A stretch of DNA of 64,000 nt from a virus (Duplodnaviria > Heunggongvirae > Uroviricota > Caudoviricetes). Made by a program: the position numbers and the translations under genes. Below the pieces are notes generated by a model, which was not told the origin of the DNA, ran no database searches, and saw only the letters and a program-made list of their open reading frames with translations. Position 1 is the first letter of the stretch. Each line of letters begins with the position of its first letter. The stretch spans positions 101,881 through 165,880 of IMG/VR virus record IMGVR_UViG_3300031911_000001, one strand, 5' to 3'. Shown here in pieces: positions 25,733 to 36,039 of this stretch.

Positions 25733-27508
25733 ATGACCACAATCCAAACGACACCCGCCAGCTACGATTTTGATGACCTGATGCAATCGCTCAAGGTCTT
25801 CATGCAATCGCAAACCGAATTCAAAGATTACAACTTTGAGGGCTCTGGTATTCGAGAGCTTATGCGCCTGCTGGCCTATGATGCACAGCAACGGGCTCTG
25901 CAAAACCAGTTTGCGTTTAGTGAGCTCAACCTAGATTCTGCTCAACTCCGCCAAAACGTCGTCACTCATGCAGCCAACCTCGGGTATTTCTCACGTGGGA
26001 ATACTGCTGCCAGTGTACCTGCGGATATCGTGGTCACCCCAAAGGACAACCCGGACGAAGGGACTCAACTGATCCTGCGTAAGGACGTTCGCTTCTTCGC
26101 TAATCGTGATGGTGGCGCCGTCTTCTTCAGTCCCGACAAGGAATACGTGACGACGCTGGTGGATGGCGTCTACACCTTCTCAAACGTCAGGCTCGTACAG
26201 GGCACGTGGAACTTCACTTCGTTCCTGTCCTCTGCCGATGATGCCGTCGAAGCGTTCGTCATCTCTGACCGAAACATCGACGTTGACACCATGCTCGTTC
26301 AGGTTCGTGAGAACGAGACGACGAGCGCCTACACGATCTTCAACAAATTCAAAACTGCTTACGATCTTGGCTCTACCCAGACGACCTACTTCGTCAAGGA
26401 GAACCGTGACGGCCTGTTCGAGATTGAATTCGGTGACGGCAAGGTGGCGCGCAAGCTCAGCTTCGGTAACGTCATCATCGTTGAGTACCTCTCGACACTG
26501 GGCGCGGTAGGCAACGGTATCGGAATCCTGACCCCAGCCAACGGCATCGGCAACTACTTTGACATTCAGGTTGATCTGAAGGGCGAGAAGTCGTTCGGTG
26601 GCTCGGACTTCGAGGACATCAACACCATCAAGAAGGCCGCCCCTACGAGCTATGCGGCTCAGGGTAACGCAGTGACGGCTGGCGATTATGCTGCCATCGT
26701 CAAGGAAATCATGCCGTCGGCAAAGTCGATCATCGCATGGGGCGGAGAAAATAACAAGCCACTCAAGATCGGCTACACCTTTGTGTCGGTCGTGCTCGAG
26801 AACGGCGGCGTCTTGAGTGGCCCACAGAAGACATCATTGAAGAATGATTTGGAAAAATACAACGTCGGTCCTATTGACGTGATCGTCGTTGATCCTGAGT
26901 ATGTCTATCTCGTCGTGGATACGACCATCGGCTACAACCCGCGCGAGACGGCTCTGGCGGAGGTGCCTTTCACCTCCAAGGTTACGGACTTCATCAAGCG
27001 CTTCTCCAAGTCGAAGCTGGAAGCCTTCGATGCCTACTTCAACAAGTCCAAGCTGATCGAGTTCATCAACCGAATCGACCGATCTATCAAGGGCAACAAG
27101 ACGACTGTCCAATATGAGAAGCGTTTCCTACCGGCTATCAATTTCGTCGGGACGTACAGTTTCGACTTCGATCGTTCGTTGATGAGTGGAACGTTGTTGA
27201 TCGAGAACTTCATTGTTACCGACACCGACTCGACCAACTTCGTCTACTTCATCAACGACGTCAACGGCATCCTGAAGCTGCAGAAGCGCAACACCGAGAC
27301 CGACAACGTCGTGTTCATCAAGGATATCGGACAGATCGATTACGAGAACGGCCGGGTTGATATCGTCGGGTTTACCCCCATCACCATCCTGAATGGTTAT
27401 GTGCGCCTGCGCGTCCGTCCTCAGGGTGATGAATCGTTGCAGGTGTTCGGCAAGGATATTCCAACCATTGAAACTGTGAACGTGAAGCTGGAAGCCGCAT
27501 ATGCCTAA
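25733..27508 (+). CDS. gp6: Baseplate wedge subunit
   Basis: DFDDLMQSLKVFMQSQTEFKDYNFEGS, FSELNLDSAQLRQNVV, EIEFGDG, AQGNAVTAGDY, AWGGE. Confidence 0.95.
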   Translation: MTTIQTTPASYDFDDLMQSLKVFMQSQTEFKDYNFEGSGIRELMRLLAYDAQQRALQNQFAFSELNLDSAQLRQNVVTHAANLGYFSRGNTAASVPADIVVTPKDNPDEGTQLILRKDVRFFANRDGGAVFFSPDKEYVTTLVDGVYTFSNVRLVQGTWNFTSFLSSADDAVEAFVISDRNIDVDTMLVQVRENETTSAYTIFNKFKTAYDLGSTQTTYFVKENRDGLFEIEFGDGKVARKLSFGNVIIVEYLSTLGAVGNGIGILTPANGIGNYFDIQVDLKGEKSFGGSDFEDINTIKKAAPTSYAAQGNAVTAGDYAAIVKEIMPSAKSIIAWGGENNKPLKIGYTFVSVVLENGGVLSGPQKTSLKNDLEKYNVGPIDVIVVDPEYVYLVVDTTIGYNPRETALAEVPFTSKVTDFIKRFSKSKLEAFDAYFNKSKLIEFINRIDRSIKGNKTTVQYEKRFLPAINFVGTYSFDFDRSLMSGTLLIENFIVTDTDSTNFVYFINDVNGILKLQKRNTETDNVVFIKDIGQIDYENGRVDIVGFTPITILNGYVRLRVRPQGDESLQVFGKDIPTIETVNVKLEAAYA

Positions 27509-28880
27509 TTTCTCCGACCAGATCAAGTTCCACGTTCCGGGTCACTACCTGACGGACTACCCGAAGTTCGTCCTTTTCATTGAAAAATATTACGAGTGGC
27601 TGTACCGTCAGGGTGGCTTCACTGCGGCCGAAAAGAGCCTGTTGATCGAGGAACGTGACTGGCTCCAAGCCAACATCGACAAGTTCATTGAAACTGGTCT
27701 GATCACCGACATTGCCAACTCGGATGATGAAGTAGAGCAGGCGATCCAGCTCATGTCATCGATGAAGAATCCGGGTTCGGTCAGCCAGGACCTGATCAAG
27801 GACTTCATTTTGGAGCGCTCCTTCTCGGTGTTCGACACCAGTGAGGAAGAAGTCTTCGAGACTGCCGACGGCCATGCTCTGGAAGCCAAGGAACTCAATC
27901 AGTCAATGATTGACATGTGGATCAATACGCAGGGATTCTTCATTCCCGCTACCGGCTCTGAGGTCGGGCGACTGGATCAGATTTTGCTGGTGCGGTTGAT
28001 CAAGCACATCAGCCTCGTCAAGGGAACCCAGAAGGCGGCTGAGCTGTTCTTCAGCATGTTCTTCGATGAGGACATCTCGGCAAACAACGGCGGCAACGGT
28101 GCCTTCTACAAGCCGAAGTATGACATTTTCACCATCGATGAGATCACGTCACTGATCGATGACAAGAATTCGGTCATCCGCGATGACTATTACTACAATG
28201 AGTTCAGCTATGTCATCAAGGTGAAGAACCCTCCTGAGTTCTACAAGCTGGCATTCGAGAGCGTCTATCTCAAGTACATCCATCCCGCTGGATTTATGGT
28301 GTTCCTACAACAGGCTGATCCGGATGAGATCGTCCGTGAGCGCCACGAGTTCTACCGTGCGTCTCAAGCCACGTTCATCAACAACCAAGGATTCATGGAA
28401 TTGGTCGGCTTCGACGTCGCCCGTTTCGAGAAGAACGTCCTGTTGCTGGAACAGGGTGCCGTGAACCTCGCAATCAAGTCAATTGAAGTCGATACGAACG
28501 ATGGCTGGGTTCTGGGTACGGATACGACGCGGGTGGGTAAGACAACATCCCCCTTCGGCACACAGAACGCAACGCAGTACGCCGCAATTTCAGAAGGAGT
28601 GGTAACGGTACGTCAGACCATTTCGGTCGAACAGAACACCGATTACTGCTTCTCGTACTTCATCAACACAGGCTCCGGTTGGTCACGTCTCAATTCGACG
28701 TTCAACACTGGATCGTCGGACATGAAGACTATTGAAATCGTCTATGAAGTCTTGGCTGGTGAGCAGGTCTCATTCAGTTGCGCCCAGCTGGAAAAGGGAA
28801 CCATCCCGACAAGCTATATCCCAACCTTCATTTCTGGTGCCGCAAGAGCTCCTGACATCTTGGTTGATGAAGTATCTTGA
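27501..28880 (+). CDS. Baseplate wedge protein, gp7-like
   Basis: YPKFVLFIEKYYEWL, KGTQKA..LFF, DDYYYNEFSYVIK, HPAGF; follows gp6. Confidence 0.75.
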   Translation: MPNFSDQIKFHVPGHYLTDYPKFVLFIEKYYEWLYRQGGFTAAEKSLLIEERDWLQANIDKFIETGLITDIANSDDEVEQAIQLMSSMKNPGSVSQDLIKDFILERSFSVFDTSEEEVFETADGHALEAKELNQSMIDMWINTQGFFIPATGSEVGRLDQILLVRLIKHISLVKGTQKAAELFFSMFFDEDISANNGGNGAFYKPKYDIFTIDEITSLIDDKNSVIRDDYYYNEFSYVIKVKNPPEFYKLAFESVYLKYIHPAGFMVFLQQADPDEIVRERHEFYRASQATFINNQGFMELVGFDVARFEKNVLLLEQGAVNLAIKSIEVDTNDGWVLGTDTTRVGKTTSPFGTQNATQYAAISEGVVTVRQTISVEQNTDYCFSYFINTGSGWSRLNSTFNTGSSDMKTIEIVYEVLAGEQVSFSCAQLEKGTIPTSYIPTFISGAARAPDILVDEVS

Positions 28881-28883
28881 TGA

Positions 28884-28889
28884 TAAATA
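28884..28889 (+). promoter_or_regulatory. Late promoter TAAATA
   Basis: Upstream of the first fibre gene. Confidence 0.7.
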
Positions 28890-28909
28890 AGAAGAATTAG
28901 GAAACATCA

Positions 28910-29848
28910 ATGGCACATTACTCACAATCATTTGTCGCGAAGTACGGTCTGTCTGTATCGGCAGCCGAAGACTCGACCACAAATGCCAACTACTTCCCGC
29001 TTTTCGGTACGCAGTCGGTCGGTGTGCTGGCGATCAAGGCCAGTTCAACGAAGCTGAGCTTCAACCCTTCATCTGGTCTGTTGTCGGCTACCGCCTTTGC
29101 CGGTAACGGTGCGGCCCTGACGAACCTGAACATCTCCAACATCACTGCCGGTGTGCTGCCTATTGCTCGCGGCGGCTCTGGTACGAACCTTGCCACCGGT
29201 ACAGGCAACAACGTGCTTGCGACTGGCCCTGTGCTGGAATCGACGACACTGAACGTTGCGACTGTTGTCAACGGAGCTTTCTCGGTCAACAACGGCTTCA
29301 CCGTCAATGGTGGCTCTGTGGTCTTCAACGTCGGCCTCTTGATCCCTGCTGGTGCCATTGAAATTGGACGACAAGATGGCACGGCTCAAGGCGCACTGAT
29401 CGACTTCCACAGCAGTGGCAATGCCAACGACTATGATTCCCGCATCATCGGTACGGGTGGTTCGGCTGCATCTCAGAACGGTTCGTTGAGCTACTTCGCT
29501 AACAGCGGTCACAACTTCACCGGGGCGATCTACTCGACCGGCGACATCACTGCGTTCTCCGACATTACCCTCAAGACAGATATTGAACAGATCAGCAATG
29601 CTCTGGCTCGCGTCCTGTCTTGGCAGGGCGTCACGTACCGTCTCAAAGAGAGCGGTGAGTTTCGCCGTGGGGTGATTGCTCAACAAATCCAAGAACAGAC
29701 GCCAGATCTGGTCATCAAGAACCCGGACAACGGTCTCCTGGCTGTGATGTACCAGAACATGGCTGCCGACTTCATCGAAGCATTCCGTGAACTGAATGCC
29801 AAGGTCGAGAAGATGGAAGCTCGGATCAAGGAGCTGGAGGCACGATAA
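28910..29848 (+). CDS. Short tail fibre with C-terminal peptidase-S74 chaperone
   Basis: SDITLKTDI...GVIAQQI...VMYQNM plus C-terminal coiled coil; IDFHSSG..NDYDSRII segment. Confidence 0.85.
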   Translation: MAHYSQSFVAKYGLSVSAAEDSTTNANYFPLFGTQSVGVLAIKASSTKLSFNPSSGLLSATAFAGNGAALTNLNISNITAGVLPIARGGSGTNLATGTGNNVLATGPVLESTTLNVATVVNGAFSVNNGFTVNGGSVVFNVGLLIPAGAIEIGRQDGTAQGALIDFHSSGNANDYDSRIIGTGGSAASQNGSLSYFANSGHNFTGAIYSTGDITAFSDITLKTDIEQISNALARVLSWQGVTYRLKESGEFRRGVIAQQIQEQTPDLVIKNPDNGLLAVMYQNMAADFIEAFRELNAKVEKMEARIKELEAR

Positions 29849-31029
29849 TGGCAACCCCCACAACTGGCGCAATCTCGATGAGCCAAGTCAGGGCCGAAGC
29901 TGGCCTGACCGGGCAAATCAGCATGAGCAATGCCACTGTTCGTCGGATGGCCGCCACCGCCTATGTTGGAAACACATGGGCCACGGCTCCCATTTCGTTG
30001 GGCTCGGCCCGTGCTACCAAAGTCTTCCGCGGAGACAACGTCAACATCACGCTCTCGGATCATTACAACAAGAGTGCGGTGACTACCTACAAGTGCATTG
30101 TTGAGCCCGGAGCCCGGATTCTCAATCAATACAACTCTACCGGATGGGCTTTGAACACTGGGGCTTTCCCGGGTGCGTCACAGATCATCATCATGAACTT
30201 TGGTCAGTTCCTCGGATTCGGTGGACGCGCCAATGGTGGTGAAGGTGGTCACTGTATTCATGCAAACTTTGCCAACCAATGGACCTCTATCTTCAACAAA
30301 TCAGGAGGCCTGATTTACGCCGGTGGTGGTGCTGGTGGTTACGGTGGACAGGGTGGTACGGGTGGTCGTGGCGGTGGTGGCTATTACGTGGCTACGCAAC
30401 AAGAAGGCCCATCGTCTGAGGCGACGACGCACGGTGTCTACCGATACACGACGGGTACGACCTATTGGAAGTGGCATGCAGACGGATGGCCGTACAACAA
30501 TTACTTCTCAACTGCGGGTGACGGCAACAATCAGGTCAACCACGGGCCTCATCGCTACTATCGTGGCGGTCAAGCAGCCACGCTGTACGATCCGGTCTTC
30601 GGCTATTACAACGTCTACGAAATCTATCGTCAATGGGACTACAACGTCTACACTGAAGGCGGATGGGGTGGTGGCGGTGGTGGCGGAGGCACAGGCGGCA
30701 ATGGTCAAGGTTGGGACATCGGGCAGAATGCTCCGAGTGGTGGTCTTGGCGGTGGCGGTGGAACTCAAGGCGGCGTCAATGCTGGCTGGGGCGGCACAGG
30801 CGGCTCGGGTGGTCCCGGTGGCTGGGGTGGTGGCTGGGGCGCATATGGCCAGACTGGCGGTCAGGGCAACACTGGCTTCACGGGTGGCAACGGCAACAAC
30901 GGTGGTGGCGGTGGTGGATCACCGGGCGCAGGTGGTGGCGGTGGTGGAGCTCCTGGATTTGCTTACTATATAAATGGTCGTGGTGGTGTTAACAATGAAG
31001 GCGCCATCCTAGGAAGAGTTCTAAATTAA
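29848..31029 (+). CDS. Glycine-rich adhesin, gp38-like
   Basis: Many GG/GGG runs separated by aromatic-rich variable loops; follows a chaperone-bearing fibre. Confidence 0.7.
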   Translation: MATPTTGAISMSQVRAEAGLTGQISMSNATVRRMAATAYVGNTWATAPISLGSARATKVFRGDNVNITLSDHYNKSAVTTYKCIVEPGARILNQYNSTGWALNTGAFPGASQIIIMNFGQFLGFGGRANGGEGGHCIHANFANQWTSIFNKSGGLIYAGGGAGGYGGQGGTGGRGGGGYYVATQQEGPSSEATTHGVYRYTTGTTYWKWHADGWPYNNYFSTAGDGNNQVNHGPHRYYRGGQAATLYDPVFGYYNVYEIYRQWDYNVYTEGGWGGGGGGGGTGGNGQGWDIGQNAPSGGLGGGGGTQGGVNAGWGGTGGSGGPGGWGGGWGAYGQTGGQGNTGFTGGNGNNGGGGGGSPGAGGGGGGAPGFAYYINGRGGVNNEGAILGRVLN

Positions 31030-31040
31030 GGAAATATTGA

Positions 31041-31388
31041 ATGAGTGACCTGAAGGTATTTGAGTATCAAATCACTGAATTCAATGAAGAGGAAAAAGTC
31101 CTCAAAGTCCAATTCAATGATGGGGCATGGGCACAGATTCCCCTGATGATGCCATTCCCTGATACTCCTGAAAAGATCGATGCGATCGTCAGGACCTGGA
31201 CGTTGCCACTTGAATTGATGGAAGCAAAAGCGGCCAAGGCCGATCTGAGCTTCGTCAAAGACATGGTCGGCAAAACCAGACGGGCTGAACGCTTTAGCTT
31301 CAAGCAAGCGGCAGTCGATATTGCAAAAGAGCATGAAATCAAAAACGCGGCATTGGGACTTGTTCCTATCGACGCACCACTGGAGTAA
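31041..31388 (+). CDS. Hypothetical protein (fibre-associated)
   Basis: AAGGA RBS; position in the fibre cluster. Confidence 0.65.
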   Translation: MSDLKVFEYQITEFNEEEKVLKVQFNDGAWAQIPLMMPFPDTPEKIDAIVRTWTLPLELMEAKAAKADLSFVKDMVGKTRRAERFSFKQAAVDIAKEHEIKNAALGLVPIDAPLE

Positions 31389-31763
31389 ATGAAAATGGGA
31401 TACTTTGTAAAAGCAACAGAAAACGCTCTCGACATCACCTATGTCGGTGACGACGGCAAGCACATCACCAAGACTGTGAAACGTGGTGACACCTTCGAGT
31501 TCGAGGGTCAGTTCATCAGCTCAGTCAATACGCCGGGTGAGGCTCTACCCGCAGAAGGTGGCAGTGCAGGTGCTGGTTACGTTCAGCCTCCTGTAGAGGT
31601 CGAAATTCCCGGCGAGCCGGTGGTTACAGACGAACCTGCACATGGACCAGAGCCGGAAGAAGGCAAGAAGGAAGACGTGAAGCCAGCCGAAGAGCCGGTC
31701 AAGACTCCTGCCAAGCGTGGTCCGAAGCCAAAGCCGAAGGCACAAGACGACACGACTAAATAA
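31389..31763 (+). CDS. Hypothetical protein with Pro/Glu/Lys-rich tail
   Basis: Contiguous ORF. Confidence 0.6.
   Translation: MKMGYFVKATENALDITYVGDDGKHITKTVKRGDTFEFEGQFISSVNTPGEALPAEGGSAGAGYVQPPVEVEIPGEPVVTDEPAHGPEPEEGKKEDVKPAEEPVKTPAKRGPKPKPKAQDDTTK
31757..31762 (+). promoter_or_regulatory. Late promoter TAAATA
   Basis: ACTAAATA just before 31767. Confidence 0.6.
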
Positions 31764-31766
31764 ACC

Positions 31767-32102
31767 ATGACAGACCAAATCATCCGAGTTAAAGCAGGCA
31801 CAACAATCGACTGGCAATTGAGCTGGCTCGTAGGTGGGAAGCCGCAAGACTTGGATGATTTTGACATCTTTTGTCAGATCAAAGACACAGCCGGCGTATT
31901 GAAGTTGACGATGAGCGTGACCAAAGCAGATCAGGCAATCCGCAAGGGTTCCTTCAGTCTGCATGCCAACGCTTCTGCGACGAGCCTCAGGCCCGGTGTC
32001 TATGATTGTGACGTGGTTTATCGGAACATTGCAAGTGGACAGGTTGAGTCCACCGAGACGTTCTACGTAGAATTTTTGAAGAAAGTGTCTGGTGTCACGT
32101 AA
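31767..32102 (+). CDS. BppU-like baseplate/fibre attachment domain protein
   Basis: G.T..W.L.W....PQDL....I..QIKD...Y..DV pattern. Confidence 0.6.
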   Translation: MTDQIIRVKAGTTIDWQLSWLVGGKPQDLDDFDIFCQIKDTAGVLKLTMSVTKADQAIRKGSFSLHANASATSLRPGVYDCDVVYRNIASGQVESTETFYVEFLKKVSGVT

Positions 32103-32497
32103 TGGGAGCTAGAACAAACGTCGTGAATACGCAGCCGTATTCAGTCACTGACCTGTCAGATGCACAGCACATGGTCACGGTGATTGGGGTCGGCTCCAAT
32201 TCCGTCACGACGATCGAGGACTCCGAGAACAAAATCACCGTCATCGGTATTGGGATCAAGGGCGATAAGGGTGAGGCCGGAGACGCTGGTGGTTCTGGTG
32301 GTGACAAGAATTATGAACACATCCAAGCAATCCCTGCTTCGACGTGGAATATCATTCACAATCTGGGGAAGTACCCATCGGTGAATGTGATCGACTCTAC
32401 GGGATCACTCGTAGACGGCGACGTTCTTTATCTTGACATAAACACGGTTCAGGTCGGGTTTGGTGCTGGGTTCTCCGGCAAGGCATTTCTGAACTAA
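32102..32497 (+). CDS. Structural protein with short collagen-like segment
   Basis: GIKGDKGEAGDAG; W.I.HNLGKYPSV.V.D domain. Confidence 0.65.
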   Translation: MGARTNVVNTQPYSVTDLSDAQHMVTVIGVGSNSVTTIEDSENKITVIGIGIKGDKGEAGDAGGSGGDKNYEHIQAIPASTWNIIHNLGKYPSVNVIDSTGSLVDGDVLYLDINTVQVGFGAGFSGKAFLN

Positions 32498-32509
32498 AGG
32501 AAAACAAAA

Positions 32510-33493
32510 ATGACACGTAAGTTTCTAGTCTCAATTGACCACACGAACCTTGAATCGCTCAACTTCAAGTTTCAAAACCTGACCAGTGACCCATCGTCTG
32601 GTGTCGGTGCAGGTAGCGCATACTTCAACTCCACTGCCGGTAAGCTCCGTATTCACAACGGCACGTCCTACGTGGAGCCCACGGATCGTGCTCAGCACAC
32701 CGGGACTCAACTCGCTGCCACGATCTCGAATCTGGCAACGACCGTCAAGGCATACCGTCTCGATGAATTCGCATCGCCGATTGCCGACGTCAACTTCAAT
32801 AACCAGAAGCTGACCGGTGTCGCTCCGGGTGTTGCTGGCACAGACGCCGTCAACCGGAACCAGCTCGACGCACTGCAAAACGGTACGGATTGGAAGGACT
32901 CGGTACGTGCTGCGACTTTGGTCAACATCGCACTGACCGGACTCCAGACGATTGATGGCATCAGCCTCTCGGCCGGTCAACGCGTCCTGGTCAAGAACCA
33001 GACCACACAGTCTGAGAACGGCATTTATGTCGTAGCCTCTGGTGCATGGACCCGTGCTGCCGATGCAGGTCAGGGTGAACTGACTGCCGCCACTTCGGTA
33101 ATGATCGAAGAAGGCTCGGATCAGGCATCGACTCAGTGGCGCATTACGACGACCGGAACGATCACCGTTGGAACCACTGCGATCGCGTGGGGCCAGATTG
33201 GTGCCGGTACGACGTACACAAGCGGCACAGGTATCGACATCCAAGGCAATGTCATCAACATTGACACTGCCGTCGTTCCCCGCAAATATGCGGCGACGAT
33301 TGGTACGGGCGCAGCCACCTCTATCCCCGTGACTCACAATCTCGGATCGAGTGATGTGACCTACAGCATCCGTCAGGTGTCTGACAACGTGATCGTCGAT
33401 TGCGACGTGACCGTGACTTCGGCCAACGTGGTGACCTTTGGGTTCGCAGTCGCTCCTGCCAGCAACTCTCTGCGCGTCGTGATCCTTGCTTAA
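32510..33493 (+). CDS. Tail fibre/structural protein
   Basis: DWKDSVRAAT..NI.L.GLQTIDG.....QRVLVKNQT...ENGIYV...AWTRA.D. Confidence 0.8.
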   Translation: MTRKFLVSIDHTNLESLNFKFQNLTSDPSSGVGAGSAYFNSTAGKLRIHNGTSYVEPTDRAQHTGTQLAATISNLATTVKAYRLDEFASPIADVNFNNQKLTGVAPGVAGTDAVNRNQLDALQNGTDWKDSVRAATLVNIALTGLQTIDGISLSAGQRVLVKNQTTQSENGIYVVASGAWTRAADAGQGELTAATSVMIEEGSDQASTQWRITTTGTITVGTTAIAWGQIGAGTTYTSGTGIDIQGNVINIDTAVVPRKYAATIGTGAATSIPVTHNLGSSDVTYSIRQVSDNVIVDCDVTVTSANVVTFGFAVAPASNSLRVVILA

Positions 33494-33535
33494 GTAGATG
33501 GAGGGTAATGCCCTCTGTCTATTGGAGATTGATTA

Positions 33536-35518
33536 ATGGCACGTACATATCTTGGGTCAGTTCCCGTCTCGGCGAATGCCCTTGTTCAGAAGCAGCAACT
33601 TGACGCTGCCGCTTTCGTCATCACGTTTGACGATGCCGAGCCGACTCCGCTCAAATATGGACATTGGTGGGTCCAACCATCCTCTGGACTAGCCTCCCTG
33701 TGGGTTCCTACCTCGACGGGTGATCTTGGAACATGGTTCTCTCCCGTAGGACTCGCAGGAGACCTGAGCGACTACCTCAAGAATACGACCGATACATTCA
33801 CCGGCACCCTGACGATGGCCGGTCACGTCATTCCTGACGCCGACGTTACCTATGACCTCGGCAGTCCTACGAAGATGTGGCGTGACCTGTATGTGGGTCC
33901 GGGCTCGATCTACCTGAACGGTAAGAAAATTCTTGAGGATAACAGTGACACGGTCACTTTCTCCACCGACACCGATCAGAATCTGCGGGTTGAAACATCC
34001 GGCAGTGGCAACATCGAACTGAAGGCCACTGGCTCTGGGGCCATCTTGGCTCAGGGCACGGTGATGGTCTCAAGTGGCAAGAAGATCCTGGACTCGGCTG
34101 GCATCAAAGTTGAGTTCGGGGATGACATCGACGTGGGTGTCAACAAGGTAACGAGCTCTGCGGTTCCATCCGGAGCAAACGACCTCGTCAACAAAGCATT
34201 CCTCGATAGCGTCACCGTCAACGATGCAACCATCGTCCGCACCACTGGAGCCCAGACGGTTGCCGGCGCCAAGACGTTCTCGAATGACGTGGTTGTCAAT
34301 GGCAACCTGACAGTGACGGGTACGACCACTACGGTCAACAGCGAGACCATTGCTCTTGCTGACAACATCATCGAACTGAACTCGAACTTCACGACCGGTA
34401 CGCCGACTGAGAATTCTGGCTTCTTGGTTCGTCGTGGTGATCTCGGAACGGTGCAATGGATTTGGGATGAGGCGAACGACCGTTTTACGGCCATTAGCGG
34501 GGGTTCTGTACTCCAGAACATCTACGTAGGGGCGATCACGGCAACTGCCTATAATGGCCTAACGAAGGCGTCGGTGGGCCTCCCTAACGTGGATGACACG
34601 TCTGACCTTGCAAAGCCCATCAGTACGGCAACTGCTTCTGCGCTGGCTGGTAAGCAGGCCTCATTGGGCTACACTCCTGTTCAGCAAGGCACGGGTGTAG
34701 GCCAGACTGGTAATATCATCAAAATCGGCTGGAGTGCAGGCTCACGACTCAAGGCCACTGTAGACTCGACTGACCTCGGCAATCTTGTCTTTGATGGTCA
34801 CTTGAGCAATTACGTCCACAAGGCGGGCGCGACAATGACGGGTGGTCTGATCGCCACCTACTTGCAAAGCACTGGGACGTCAAGTTTTGTTGGGACGATG
34901 ACTGCTGCCCTGATTAATGCCTCTCAGGTCGTCTCTTCCACAAGCATCAGTGCCTCTGCCAATAGCGGCTATTACATCAGTGGCTCATTCGCCGAAGGTG
35001 GCAACATCGCCGCCAGAGGAATTGAGATTAATCCATCTTGGGAAGTGTGTAGCTTGCAGGCTTACCACGTCCCTGGCAATTGGGCTGGTCTGAGATTCGT
35101 TGTCGGTAGCTCGGCAGCCGTGGTGTTTGAGTTCCGCAACAATGGTGTCGGTTATTCAAATGGATGGGGCACACATAGCGATATCCGTCTGAAATATGAT
35201 CTGGTCAAGGTTTCCGATGCTCTGGAAAGAACAAGGAAGCTCACCGCATTTACGTATCTGCGCAATGACTTCAAGGATGTATTCAAACAAGTCCAGCCAC
35301 GTCAGTTGGGCCTTATTGCTCAGGATGTTAAGAAGGGCGCACCGGAAGCTGTCAGCGGGGATGATATTTTGTCTGTTGATTATGGCTCTATAAGTGCCCT
35401 TAACACACAAGCCATCAACGACCTCCATGATATCGTTATTGCTCAGGCCAAAGAAATTGCTTACCTGAAGGACGTAGTCGCCAATCTCATTGGTCGTGTT
35501 GACTCGATTGTTGATTAA
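33536..35518 (+). CDS. Tail fibre with C-terminal peptidase-S74 chaperone
   Basis: PDADVTYDLGSPTKMWRDLY, TISLADNIIELNS-like segment, SDIRLKYD...GLIAQDV...VDY. Confidence 0.85.
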   Translation: MARTYLGSVPVSANALVQKQQLDAAAFVITFDDAEPTPLKYGHWWVQPSSGLASLWVPTSTGDLGTWFSPVGLAGDLSDYLKNTTDTFTGTLTMAGHVIPDADVTYDLGSPTKMWRDLYVGPGSIYLNGKKILEDNSDTVTFSTDTDQNLRVETSGSGNIELKATGSGAILAQGTVMVSSGKKILDSAGIKVEFGDDIDVGVNKVTSSAVPSGANDLVNKAFLDSVTVNDATIVRTTGAQTVAGAKTFSNDVVVNGNLTVTGTTTTVNSETIALADNIIELNSNFTTGTPTENSGFLVRRGDLGTVQWIWDEANDRFTAISGGSVLQNIYVGAITATAYNGLTKASVGLPNVDDTSDLAKPISTATASALAGKQASLGYTPVQQGTGVGQTGNIIKIGWSAGSRLKATVDSTDLGNLVFDGHLSNYVHKAGATMTGGLIATYLQSTGTSSFVGTMTAALINASQVVSSTSISASANSGYYISGSFAEGGNIAARGIEINPSWEVCSLQAYHVPGNWAGLRFVVGSSAAVVFEFRNNGVGYSNGWGTHSDIRLKYDLVKVSDALERTRKLTAFTYLRNDFKDVFKQVQPRQLGLIAQDVKKGAPEAVSGDDILSVDYGSISALNTQAINDLHDIVIAQAKEIAYLKDVVANLIGRVDSIVD

Positions 35519-36039
35519 TGCCAAGCCCTATGACGAAATACTACAGCCCCTCCACAGGTACTTTCTATCCTACGGCTCATGGGGCAGCCCATGACAGCGT
35601 CCCGATTAGCGATGAACTCTATGCCAGCCTCATGGGCAAGCCCTGTGAGAATGATGTAAACGGCATGCCACAACTCAAGCTGTCTTGGCGACGTGAGAAT
35701 ATGTGGACCAAGATCAAGGATGAACGTGATCGTCGTAAAGACGGTGGCGTCAAGGTCGGTAATTCGTGGTTCCACAGTGATGCAGACAGTCGCATTCAGC
35801 AACTGGCTCTGGTCATGATGGGCGCCAACGTTCCGCCCGTCCAATGGAAGACTTTGTCTGGCTCATATGAAACAATGAGTCCGACATTGGCGATGGGGAT
35901 TTTCACAGCAATGGCCACCCTAGATATGGTCCTGTTCGCAAGAGCAGAACAATTGAGGGCTCAGGTCTACGCCAGTAGCAATCCCGAGTTGATTAACATA
36001 AAAACGGGGTGGCCTCAGAGCTACGAAGACACACTATGA
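35518..36039 (+). CDS. Tail fibre assembly protein (DUF4376-like)
   Basis: YYSPSTGTFY; IKDERDRR..GGV.VG..WFHSD..SR...; WKT. Confidence 0.75.
   Translation: MPSPMTKYYSPSTGTFYPTAHGAAHDSVPISDELYASLMGKPCENDVNGMPQLKLSWRRENMWTKIKDERDRRKDGGVKVGNSWFHSDADSRIQQLALVMMGANVPPVQWKTLSGSYETMSPTLAMGIFTAMATLDMVLFARAEQLRAQVYASSNPELINIKTGWPQSYEDTL

Noticed and set aside
30300-30960. GGT/GGC repeat-rich DNA as an array or tandem repeat element
   Set aside because: Simply glycine codons of the adhesin; no repeat-spacer periodicity.
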